DNA of 64,000 bases from Octopus bimaculoides (lineage: Eukaryota), in NCBI RefSeq assembly GCF_001194135.2, contig NC_068998.1, forward strand, positions 508,186 to 572,185. The letters run 5' to 3'. A program made the translations under genes and the position numbers. The notes beneath the pieces were generated by a model, which worked only from the letters and a program-made list of their open reading frames with translations, was not told the DNA's origin and ran no database searches. Positions 1-11,060 of this stretch are shown piece after piece; the first letter of the stretch is position 1, and each line of letters opens with the position of its first letter.

Positions 1-384
1 ATATATATATATATATAAAGGTGGAAAAAGGTCAGATAGTTGAGAGATGTCTTATGAAGCCGTCAATACACTACACCACTTCACATCGTTATGCGAGTCT
101 ATGTCACTTTGCACCACCCTTTGCCACACCCCCTACAACACACCACCACACACCATACCTCACCAGACAAAAGAGCCAGTGCACTCCACCCATCATCATC
201 ATCAAAACCACCACCACCACCACTACCACCACCTCCCTCACAAATCAATTGCAGCAGAACAAGTACATTTATGTACTTCATGCTTCACTGGGTGAAAGAT
301 TTGCTGGTGAGTGAGTGAGAGGGGCGGTGAAGGAGAGATAGGGAGAGAGAGAGAGAGAGAAAAGAGTAAGACAGGCTGAAAGAA

Positions 385-454
<70 letters not shown>

Positions 455-598
455 TGTGTGTGTGTGTGTGTGAAGTCTGGTAAGTAAATGTAGGATAAGT
501 TGATCAACCATGGTATATTCCGAGGGATAATAATGGAAACAACAAACATGGCTGTTGGATGGAGCTGGGATATAAATAACTACTGCTCTGTATGGAGG

Positions 599-646
<48 letters not shown>

Positions 647-699
647 CATGTGTGTGTGTGTGTGTGCGTGTGCATGTAGGCTATATATAAAAAGACAGA

Positions 700-910
700 A
701 AAAAACAAAGGCTGGATGGTCACATCTGGAATTCCTGTATGTTAGTTGATGTATGTGTCTGTTTCACTCCCATTCATGGTACTTTGGGGAAATGTCTTCT
801 GCTGTAGTCTTGAGACAACCTAAGCTTTGTGAGTGGATTTAGTAGATGGTAACTTAAAAGAAGCCCACTGTGTATGTTTGCGTGTGTGTTTGTGTATGTG
901 TGTGTGTGAG
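700..910 (+). mobile_element. SINE family 1, degenerate 5' part followed by TG microsatellite
   Basis: Contains 'ggtactttggggaaatgtcttctgctgtag...gctttgtgagtggatttagtagatggtaacttaaaagaagcccac', which aligns by eye with the copies at 2368 and 8095-8160. Confidence 0.5.
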
Positions 911-2367
911 CACTTGTCTCTCTTTGCTGTGGCATTGTGTGCTGTGAAGAAACATCAGCTTCATACAAGAGATAAGGTTTCTTTACAATCCTCCATGTAA
1001 ATATATTCACTCATTTTATGATTTGTATTAAAAAGGAAAGGGGAAATGTTGCCATTCTTGGAATTAGGTGATGGCTACCAATCGGAAGGGCATTCAACTG
1101 CAGAAGATCTGCCTAAGTTAATTTAGTTTAATGGCCACAAGCACAGACACTAAAACAATGATGACATTATTTTGTTCCTTTTATTTCAGTTGGGTGTTTG
1201 CTGGGACAGAGTTAGGAGTTGATGGGTTTATTGTGTCCCTTATTTGGGCAAAAAGTTTTAATGCCGGAAGACCTGTTGTTTGAAATGGTTTCCCTCCACT
1301 AAACCGTTTTGCATGTCATGCGTTGTGTGTTTAAATGGAACAATTCTTATGTTTGGTCAGTTGTTGAGACAGGATCAGAAGCTTGTCAATTTAAGTATTG
1401 CCTGGTTTCAAACAGTGTCCAAAACCCGAACATTCAAAATAGTTTAAAGTCTTTAGACTGAGAAAAGTCTCTGGAGAAATTTTTTGTGGAAATACTGTTG
1501 TTGTTATTGCGACATGATTGTTTTTATTTTAAGAAACAAATCAGATCTTCGTTAAGCTGTCTTGTCAGCTACCTCAGAAATAATACTGTCAAATTCAAAT
1601 GTTTGATAACTGGCTACTGCTGGTGGTGGTGGTGGTGGTGGTGATTGCTGTGGTTGTGGGAGTATAGTGGTGGTAATGGTGAAGATTCTGTGTGTGATAG
1701 CATATTGGTGATAGTAGTAGTGGTGTTAGTGAAAATAATAGAGGTGGTGGTGAAGTGTGTATGTGGTAGTATATAGATTGTAATAATGGTGATGAAATTG
1801 TTTGTCTGTGTGTGTGGGTGGTAGTGTTTTGGTAATAGTTGTAGTCGTAGGTATGTATGTGTGTGTGTGTATGTGTGAGTGTGTGTGTGTGGTAGTTTAT
1901 GGGTGCTGGTTATGTAGCAGCCCTGTTTTTGTTGAGAAGAAATTCCATTGGAAGACCACATTTGCTTGCTAAAGAAATCAATAAATAACTGTAAAATGGT
2001 AGTAATTCCAGTCGCAGTGCCGATGATAATGTGTGTGTGTGTGTGTGTGTGTGTGTTGCTGATTTTTGGTGATGTTACTGGTTGAAACTTGTTGCTTTAC
2101 CGTATTCTGCCCCACCTTTCATTAATACTCCTCTTATACTCTCTACTAGTCATCTCACTACCATCATATCCCACCTCAACCCTCACAGACATTTCATGTA
2201 CTTCAGTGTACCTGTTGTGTGTGTGTGTGTGTGTGTGTGGTTATTATTTGCTAATCTATTACTGCCCACGCAATATCCCAAACTACTCCTCATACCTACA
2301 GTTAGTGTCACTCTTATAAAGGTAGTAATTTTAATAAATTGTGTGTGTGTGTGTGTGTGTAATATAT

Positions 2368-2536
2368 ACAGGCATAGCTGCGCAGTTAAGATATTCACTT
2401 CACGAGCCTGTAGTTCTGAGTTCAGTCCTACTGTGTGGCACCTTGGGCAAGGCTCTTCTACTGCAGCCCCAGGTTAGCCAATGCCATCTGAGTGGAATCT
2501 GGTCATTGGAAACTGAAAAACCTCATCACATATATG

Positions 2537-2576
<40 letters not shown>

Positions 2577-2619
2577 GTATTTATATATAAATATGTACAT
2601 GTGCCTCCTTCTTTCCATG

Positions 2620-2670
<51 letters not shown>

Positions 2671-2830
2671 GTGTTCACGTTTGTATTGCTCTAAAATTGC
2701 TGTTGTTCATGCGCTGTCCCTTTTCTGTCCATAATTTGATGGTTTGATAGAATAACTACTACACTGAAGTACAAACTAGGGTCAATCCATTCGAAAGCAG
2801 TGCTCCAGTATGGCCACAATTCAGTAAAAG
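2368..2830 (+). mobile_element. SINE family 1, near full length: tRNA-like head, internal (TG)n/(TA)n, 3' tail
   Basis: Head with B-box-like 'gagttcagtcc' and 'gtggcaccttgggcaag'; microsatellite at about 2537-2668; tail 'gtgctccagtatggccacaattcagtaaaag' matches the reverse complement of 48423-48470. Confidence 0.7.
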
Positions 2831-3232
2831 AATATACAAAGACACATGCATGCATCCATACAGACATACAAACATACATCCATACATCTTGACCTCTCTT
2901 ACCAATTCCATTCTAATTGCTCTCGCTCACCTGTATATAATGTGGAGTAGCTATTTACCTCTTCCTCTATGGCATCAAACCGATTCCTGTTCCTTGAACC
3001 TTTCAACACCAAACATAATGTCATAGAATGGCAACATCACTTGTGATGGCACCACAAGAAAAGCAACTCACCCATTCTGTAAAGTGTTTGGCATTAGGAA
3101 GAGAAGTCAATTACGGGAACCGTGCTAGAAAATGGAAACCATTCAAGAACGAAGTGTGGTTCACCCAATCTGTTGGATGTTGTTGAACCATCCAACTGAT
3201 GACTCAACAGCATTCAAGTGATGAGGATAATA

Positions 3233-3350
3233 ATGGTGACAACGATGGTGATGATGATGGTGACAACGATGATGGTGATGGTGACAACGATGATGGTGAT
3301 GGTGACAACGATGATGGTGATGGTGACAACGATGATGATGATGGTGACAT
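3233..3350. repeat. 21-bp minisatellite (GGTGACAACGATGATGGTGAT), about 5 units
   Basis: Tandem units visible directly; gives the poly-D/G/N ORF 3199-3429. Confidence 0.9.
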
Positions 3351-4366
3351 CATAACTAATGATGATGATACAATGTTTGTGTTTGTGGACATTTTCTTAC
3401 TCGACAACTTCGTCAAGATTTTGGACTGATTTTAGATTTGGCACATACATGCATGTGCTCTCTCTCTCTCTCTCTCCCTCTCTCTATGTCTCTCTTTCTC
3501 TCTCTGTCCCTCTCTCTCTCTCTCTCTCTCTGTCCCTCTTTCTCTCTCTCTCTCGTCTGCTCTGCAGAAAATAAAAACGTTCTTGTTTATGTGTTCCTTT
3601 CCAATGTAAAATGATGTTTATTGTGTTCATATCCTAAACACATCTACCATAAGAAAGATCAAATTTAAAATACTCTTCATCCAAAACTCCACAATTAACT
3701 GTAACATAACCCATATTATTAACATCAGGCATCAACCACACACAATTCACTCTAGCTAGGGCTTGGATTAGATGAATTAGACGGCATTGTTTAATGAAAA
3801 CTGTCTCCCTCTAAATCAAAACCGTTTTTCCTCTTTGAACAGATCTATTGAAAATAAATGTCTTCCCTCTCTCTCTCTTCAGTTTTGTTTTCTTATTGTG
3901 CAGTATTGGTGTTCACTAGACGCACCAGGGTTCACAAGCCATACTAGTGCTCACTCAAGCATAAACTGTCTCGACCAGTGTTTATTGTTTACAGCTATTT
4001 ATTGTGTTCAAGAGACTTCATCTACAGAGACCAACTCTCTCTTCTCGCATCTTTCTACAAATGGCCAGTGTCTCTATCATTATCCCAAAATATATTATTA
4101 TATTTGCTTGTGTCTACAACACACTCACACTTAAAACACTCCCCAATTTTATTAGTATATTTTATGGAAACAAACAAGTTTAGTACGTTTCATCATATAC
4201 TTATTGGAAGATATTTCAAAGTGGTTTTGTAAAGGAAAATATATGATTCTGTGCTTTTAACTACAGTATTGCGACAATCGACTGCAATAAAGTATGAAAC
4301 CATAAATTCATCATAAATAAACAACATTATGGGAGCACCATAGTTCAACTTTATCTTCTTTCGAAT

Positions 4367-4691
4367 AAAAAAAAAGAAAGTACCAAAACAATTTCATTGT
4401 AAAAGATTTGTTGATGGAAGCAAGAGGCCTTTTTGTCAGTGATTCTGTTGATAAAACTAAAACCGTCCTGCCTCTCCATTAAAGTTATCTTCATTGAATT
4501 TGTCGATTGAGCAAGTATACGAGTGTTTGTTGCCAATCCTAGGAAGTTAGGAAAATGTGATAAGAAATGATGACCAAGCTGAAAACATGCAAGCTGTATC
4601 CACTGTGAGGCTGTAAGTATATTTGGACGACTGATTTAGTCTCAATTTACAGACTTCAGAAACGGGAGGAATACAGAAACACAGCTAATTT
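4367..4691 (-). repeat. Left arm of long inverted repeat 1 (partner 6204-6522)
   Basis: Reverse complement aligns to 6204-6522 with about 6 substitutions, one 2-nt indel and a different A/T run. ORFs 4351-4536(-) and 6429-6611(+) share SCFHQQIFYNEIVLVL. Confidence 0.95.
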
Positions 4692-5510
4692 CAGAACGAC
4701 ACTGTATCATTGTTTATAGTTTGGTCAAAAGAATAATCATACAGGATGTAAAACTTGTAATGTTTTGGGTAACCACAATCAGTCATCAGGGTAGTAGACC
4801 CTTGCTATGGGTTTGCGGTCATCCACTTGCTTCCTATAGCTGATAGATGGATGACAATTTAACATCCCTTTCATCTCCCATGCTCTGAATAAACCCATTT
4901 ATCTCAGCTATTCTTGCTATCTTCCAACAATCTCACCAGGAAACAGCAACTCTTTCATGATCCCCCCCACACACACACTAAGGTGAAGAGTGGTTGACTA
5001 AAGAGGAACATGTCTGATTTTAATAATTCCTATCGTGTTACTCAATATAAATTGTTTTGTCGTGCCACCAGGCGAAACCTCCTAGTTTGGCAACAGAACA
5101 ACCCTTATAATGGATTGGGTTGATCGCTGGATTGGTCCAACCACAGTTTTATAATAAACTACCAACCAATATAGCTTCTTTTGGACATGTGCCCACTCTT
5201 CCAACTGATCAACAACAACAACGTGTTGTATCTCTATGAATTCACTTCTGTTTGCAGCTTTGACTTTGCACTTTAAACTTCTCAACAAAAGAATTCTTGA
5301 GAAACAAGAAATTCATTTGAATCAGAAAGTTTTAACATTGACAAATTGACTGAAAATATATTCCTTCATAAATATATTTTGAGACAAATTAATTTGAAAT
5401 TTCATTTCATGTCATAGATTCTGTTTGTATATCAGTGTTTAGTGCTACACACACATGCATGCACATACACACACGCACACACACACACACACACACACAG
5501 AGAAATATAT

Positions 5511-5750
5511 TGGTCACTTCTACTGAAGTAACAAACAGTAGTGGTCACTCATGCAAATTTAACTGGAGTAGTGGTCACTCATGCAAATTTAACTGGAGTA
5601 GTGGTCATTTCTACTAAAACATAAGTGACCCCCTACTCTAGTTACTTGTATAGAAGTAACTACCATGCATATTTCCAGAGATGTAACAGGAGTGGTGGTC
5701 ACTTCTACAGAAGTAACAGGAGTGGTGGTCACTTCTACAGAAGTAACAGC
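5511..5750. repeat. 30-bp minisatellite with two variants and one inverted unit
   Basis: Units TGGTCACTCATGCAAATTTAACTGGAGTAG (x2) and TGGTCACTTCTACAGAAGTAACAGGAGTGG (x2) plus degenerate units; 5623-5647 is a reverse-orientation unit. Confidence 0.85.
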
Positions 5751-6203
5751 AACAACAATAACTGTTTTACTAAAGCTAAGGATAATCAAATGGTTCACTG
5801 GATTTCTTGGTCCACCAATTTGGTTGTAATCTAATGACCGTGTTTCAATTGGTAACTTAACTAGCTTGGCCCCTCTCGCTCTTCTTTCTCTGTCTTTTCT
5901 CCCCCTCCCCCATTTGCCCATTTCTCTTGTAGGAATGGAAGTGAAATATCCTTACTATTTGTCACTACTCGATTAAATATAAAATGGTATTGTAATTATA
6001 ATTTGGAGGTTTCTATGTGAGACAGTTGTAACTACTACTATTACTACTACTGCTGCTGCCGCTGCTGCTGCTGCTGCTGCCGCTGTACATGTCATATTCC
6101 TGTGTTGAAACCCCATTTCCATTCTATTAGAAGTAGATTTCCAAAGATATTGTTAAATGGTTTAAACTAGAAATACATTCAATTTGCTTCCAGTGCCACT
6201 ATC

Positions 6204-6522
6204 AAATTAGCTGCGTTTCTGTATTCCTCCCGTTTCTGAAGTCTGTAAATTGAGACTAAATCAGTCGTCCAAATATACTTACAGCCTCACAGTGGATACA
6301 GCTTGCATGTTTTCAGCTTGGTCATCATTTCTTATCACATTTTCCTAACTTCCTAGGATTGGCAGCAAACACTCGTATACTTGCTCAATCGACTAATTCA
6401 ATGAAGATAACCCTAATGGAGAGGCAGGATGGTTTTAGTTTTATCAACAGAATCACTGACAAAAACCTCTTGCTTCCATCAACAAATCTTTTACAATGAA
6501 ATTGTTTTGGTACTTTTTTTTT
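6204..6522 (+). repeat. Right arm of long inverted repeat 1 (partner 4367-4691)
   Basis: Direct alignment with the reverse complement of 4367-4691. Confidence 0.95.
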
Positions 6523-7194
6523 GTCTGTTTTTGAAAAGTAGTTTGGAATTTCTGGCTGTCAACAATGATTTTCCTCTCTCTTTTAGATGGTTTCTGTTTA
6601 GTTGCTGTTAGAGATGATAACTTTTGTTTATTGGAATTGGATGTGCTGATCATGTTGGTGGGGCTGATGACTAAGAAAAGATTCCACTGCCAAACCTCAT
6701 TAATTCCATGGGATTACATAATTATTATAATCAAGGGCTAAATCTGACGTTTTGATGTTTTAAAAACCAAGATTCCCAATTGTAATTGTGTTTTATCATT
6801 AAGTTTGTGTGACACGAGGATATTTATCTTATGTAAAGTTTTATGTTGGAATACTCAGCCAGGAGTGAGCTCAACAGCAACTTTATCTTTAATAAACTAC
6901 TATATACTAAATGTAGAGATACACATAGACATAGCTGGTCACTGTCTTCTAGGTTGTTTGTGTTGTTTGAAAAAAGAAGCAGAAATGTCCTTTTAAAATA
7001 CAATAACAAAACGTTTTTGTTGTAAGAAATTATTGAAGATTATGTTTCTGGGAAGATTTTCTTTAATTGTCAATATTTTCAGAAAATGGAAGAATACAGT
7101 TGTAAAAGATACATTTCAAAGTTGGCCTCGGTTTGGTTATACATATATTGGAAATTAACCCTAACCCTAACCCTAACGCTATCCCATTCATTTA

Positions 7195-7295
7195 ATACTT
7201 ATTTTATCAGTCTGTTTGCCAAACTACTAAGTTACAAGGATGTAAACACACTAACAATGACCATTAAGCTGTGATGGGGGGACAAATACACACAC
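7195..7295 (-). mobile_element. SINE family 1, 3' part fragment
   Basis: 'acttattttatcagtctgtttgccaaactactaagttacaaggatgtaaacac' aligns with 48518-48575. Confidence 0.55.
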
Positions 7296-8062
7296 CTCTT
7301 TACCCCTCTCGTTCTTCCTTCTGTTACTACTATATCTCTCTCTTTCCCCCCTCGTACTTCCTTCCGTTACTACTATATTCCTCTCTTCCTCTCGTTGCTC
7401 ACCTATTCTTCTACTTCCTCCCTTTGTTTCTCCCTCTACCACTCTCTCTCTCTCCCTTACGCCTGCATGGTCACATGCTTCCGGTCACAAATCCTTTTCT
7501 TCCTTGGCTATCGCCAAGCAAACACGCGAACTTACTTCGTCCCGACTTTCAAGTTCGTGCCTCACAGCGTTCATATACACATAATTTTTCACGTCTGGCC
7601 GCATAGCCTTTTGTTTTCCTGTCTTGNNNNNNNNNNNNNNNNNNNNNNNNNNNNNNNNNNNNNNNNNNNNNNNNNNNNNNNNNNNNNNNNNNNNNNNNNN
7701 NNNNNNNNNNNNNNNNNNNNNNNNNNNNNNNNNNNNNNNNNNNNNNNNNNNNNNNNNNNNNNNNNNNNNNNNNNNNNNNNNNNNNNNNNNNNNNNNNNNN
7801 NNNNNNNNNNNNNNNNNNNAAGAGCCGTTTTAACGATGCGTCCTGCCCAACTCTTCGAAACACCGGTGTTAAAACGGGGGTAGCTAATGAAGGAAAATGT
7901 TCTCTATGTGGCTTGTGTGTTTTCTGTACTCTGGTTATTATTATTTTCTTGTCTACGTTTTGTTTTCAATGTCCTGTACCTAGATATGCACCTATATATA
8001 CAGGTAGACGTAGGTATGCACATACCTGTATGTATATATGCATATACTCATTTATTATTTGT

Positions 8063-8102
<40 letters not shown>

Positions 8103-8194
8103 GATGGGCTTCTTTCAGTTTCCGTCTACCAAATCCACTCACAAGGCCTGAGGTGCCATGCAATTATTATCATTATTATTATTATTTTATCATT

Positions 8195-8582
8195 TTAGTT
8201 ATTTCAGTCATTTGGTTGTAGTCATACTGGAGCAGCTCCTTTAAAAATTTAGTCAATCAATACCAGTTTGACATTTATTGTTTCAGTCTCTATTTGACGA
8301 GTTGCTAAGTTTTAGTTCACAAACATGAACACACACACACACAAGCAGTTATGTACATATATGCATATAGATATGTATGTGTGTGGATGCATGTGTATAT
8401 ATAGATGTGTGTGTGTGTGTGTATGTCAGATGGGCTTTACTACTAAATTTTACTGATGTTGTATTGGTCAGTTCAGAGCTAATGTAGAAGACACTTGCTA
8501 AAGATGCTGTACAGTGGAATTGAGCATGAAAACTTGTGCTTACAAAACAAATTTCTTAACTACACAGCATGCATGCCTACTA

Positions 8583-8585
<3 letters not shown>
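8195..8585 (-). mobile_element. SINE family 1, degenerate full-length copy with internal microsatellite
   Basis: Tail 'ttcagtcatttggttgtagtcatactggagcagc' at about 8200, CA/TA/TG repeats at 8330-8425, head remnant 'gaagacacttgctaaagatgc...cagtggaattgagc' at 8490-8530. Confidence 0.6.
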
Positions 8586-8621
<36 letters not shown>

Positions 8622-9228
8622 TGAAAACCTTTTGAATCATAGCTCTCTAAGTTTCTGATTCTTTAAATAAAGCAATATTTATTTGATTTGACTTTCTATA
8701 ATTATACAAATAGATTATAATTTATTTGTATTGCGTGTTGGGTATAGTGAAATTATTCCTGGTATATTACTGGTATCGGGCTTATCCTAGCTCGAGTAGC
8801 CAATCCTTGCTATATTTAAATCCTGCACCTTGAGTCAAACTGAAATTCTGTAACTTTTGTACCCTGTGGACACCAACATTCTTGTTCGTTATTTCTTCCC
8901 CAATTGATAAGAAATTAGATCTCGTTAATGTTAATTTTTGGATAATTCTCTTTGGAAACACTTCCCTGGATCTTTCAGTCACAGATGCCATTCATCAGAT
9001 TTCTCATTGTAATGAAATTACTACAACTTTTAATTGCCTTCCACGATTAGAAATACTTTTTTTCCTCTTTCTTCTTATTGTTATTATTATTATTTTGTTC
9101 TAGAAGCATCAGAAACATCTGCTTTGTCTTTTGATTATCTGATTGTAGAATAAAAGTAAAGAACTCTGGGAGATTACAAGACGGCCTGCTGTGTTTATGG
9201 CTTTCAAATGAAATTCTACCACACTTTC

Positions 9229-9266
<38 letters not shown>

Positions 9267-9921
9267 ATATCTATGGTTCTGCTGCATATTTAACTATCTA
9301 TATGCACTTCACACACTGACACACACAAACTCTCAGTTGTCATTTCTCTTTTACTCTGTCTTTCAATCATTGATTCTTCTTTAACTTTCCGTAATTCTGT
9401 TCTCTTACACATCAACCCCACCACCTTGCTCTCCACCCTCCCTATCCTCTTGTACTTCTTCCCTCGTTACACATCCTTGTCATGTTATCCTACATACATC
9501 ACTAATTATTAATGATTATTCATTTTGACCTACTTCCCCCTCCTCTCGTCCAATTCAGTGTGTTGACCCTAATGATGGATCCTTGTACCCTGTCAAAGTC
9601 CTTACTTTTACCCTACCACAGGACACATCAGATCTGTTCTTTCATTAATCCTCACTCACTACAAAATTCTCTCTTCACCTTTTCCCCACCCCCACTCCAA
9701 TATCCCTGATATCTTACCTTTAATCCCACAATTCTCTAAACCCCGGTTGTTCTATATGATCATTCTTGTAGTGCCAGTTGCTCTTCAACTTAATATTAGC
9801 TCAGAATTTGCCAATTTGTGCTGCACAGTTTCAATCCTAGATTAAAACTTCTTCACTTTTACTGTTGATATCTTTAAGAAAGATATCAGCCTCAGATGAC
9901 CCCCCCCCCATTTCCTCCCCA

Positions 9922-9922
9922 A

Positions 9923-9968
<46 letters not shown>

Positions 9969-10003
9969 TCTATTACTATTATTATTATTATTATTATTAT
10001 TAT
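9922..10003. repeat. (TAT)n microsatellite; one of dozens of di-, tri- and tetranucleotide arrays (e.g. 331-472 GA/GT, 602-645 TA, 20508-20562 TG, 29395-29530 CTGT, 62425-62510 CA)
   Basis: Directly visible. Confidence 0.95.
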
Positions 10004-10020
10004 TGTCATTGTTCTCTTAA

Positions 10021-10205
10021 AGGTGTTGAACTGGCAGAATCATTAGCATGTCAAGGAAAATTGCTTAGCAGCAATTCTTCTGGCTTTATGTGATTGATAT
10101 TGTCTTTCATCCTTTTGGGGTTTGATAAAATAAATACCAGTGAAGTAGTGGGGTCAATGGAATCAATTAAGCCCTCTTCCGAATTTCAGGCCTTCTGCCT
10201 TTATT
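10021..10205 (+). mobile_element. SINE family 2, degenerate with internal deletion
   Basis: 'ctggcagaatcattagc...ctttcatccttttggggtttgataaaataaataccag...ggggtcaatg' aligns with 38603-38830 and 48684-48910. Confidence 0.65.
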
Positions 10206-10362
10206 ACAAACTATCATTATTATTATTATTATTATTGTACTTCCCAGCATGTGCCACAATAAAACTACTAGAAATAATCGAAATGTTACAATGTTACCGA
10301 TGGCTAACAAGACTTTACCAGGATGTAATTATTTCTCTCTTATTTTAATGGCCAAACTAATT

Positions 10363-10515
10363 ATTGCTTTCAAATTTTGGAACAAGGCCAGCAATTTCAG
10401 GGCAGCACTCAACAGGTTCTTATTTTATTGACCCTGAATTTGAACTCAGAACATAAAGGCGGATGAAATGTTGCTAAGCATTTTGCCCTGTGCAGTAACA
10501 ATTCTGCCAACTCGA
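10363..10515 (-). mobile_element. SINE family 2, truncated copy
   Basis: 'aatttgaactcagaac...gctaagcattttgcc...attctgccaactcg' is the reverse complement of the family 2 head. Confidence 0.65.
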
Positions 10516-10780
10516 AGTCTTAATGACCAAAGTAATTCCTTGCAGAAAATACAGACATGCTTCACTCTATCTCTTCACACATATGTAACCATTACATCTA
10601 AATAAGATAAGTAAATCAGTTGTAAAGCCAAATAACCCTTCACCTTTGACCTTGCGACCTTTATTGTCTCTAGCCTGACCTATTTTTTTGATTCCATTAT
10701 TGTCTTTGATTCAATGAAATGTTCAAGTCTGAACTTTTTTACATTTGTTATTGCAAATACATTCAATTAAATTGATTTCT

Positions 10781-10857
<77 letters not shown>

Positions 10858-10884
10858 GTGTGTGTGTGTATATGTGTGGTTTCT

Positions 10885-11060
10885 GCTGGCAAGTGTGGCT
10901 GATTGCTTAAATATCTTGCTTCACAATCATGAAGTTATGGGTTCAATTCTATTTCATGGCAACTTGGTCAGATGTGTTTTATCACAGCATTGGGTTGACC
11001 CTAACTTTGTGGGTGAAATCTGTGGGGCTGGTCATCAGATGGATTGTCCATTTAATTCCA
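10885..11060 (+). mobile_element. SINE family 1 head, degenerate
   Basis: 'gtgtggctgattgcttaaatatcttgcttcacaatcatgaagttatgggttcaattct...ggcaacttggtcagatgtg'; contains a B-box-like GGTTCAATTC. Confidence 0.45.

Noticed and set aside
1581-1591. miR-8-like TAATACTGTCA
   Set aside because: 11-nt match only; no precursor stem.
4567-4634. Box C (ATGATGA) and box D (CTGA) spaced like a C/D snoRNA within the IR1 arm
   Set aside because: No convincing terminal stem or recognisable rRNA/snRNA guide; the motifs are short and common here.
5060-5145. Minus-strand WTNPAINPIHY resembling a GPCR NPxxY motif
   Set aside because: Immediately preceded by a stop, with no upstream transmembrane segments or splice acceptor.
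5589-5921. Mucin-like VTSVEVTTTP repeat ORF
   Set aside because: It is the translation of the 30-bp minisatellite; neighbouring units contain in-frame stops.
8782-8991. 69-aa non-repetitive minus-strand ORF
   Set aside because: No recognisable motif or splice sites; length within chance expectation.
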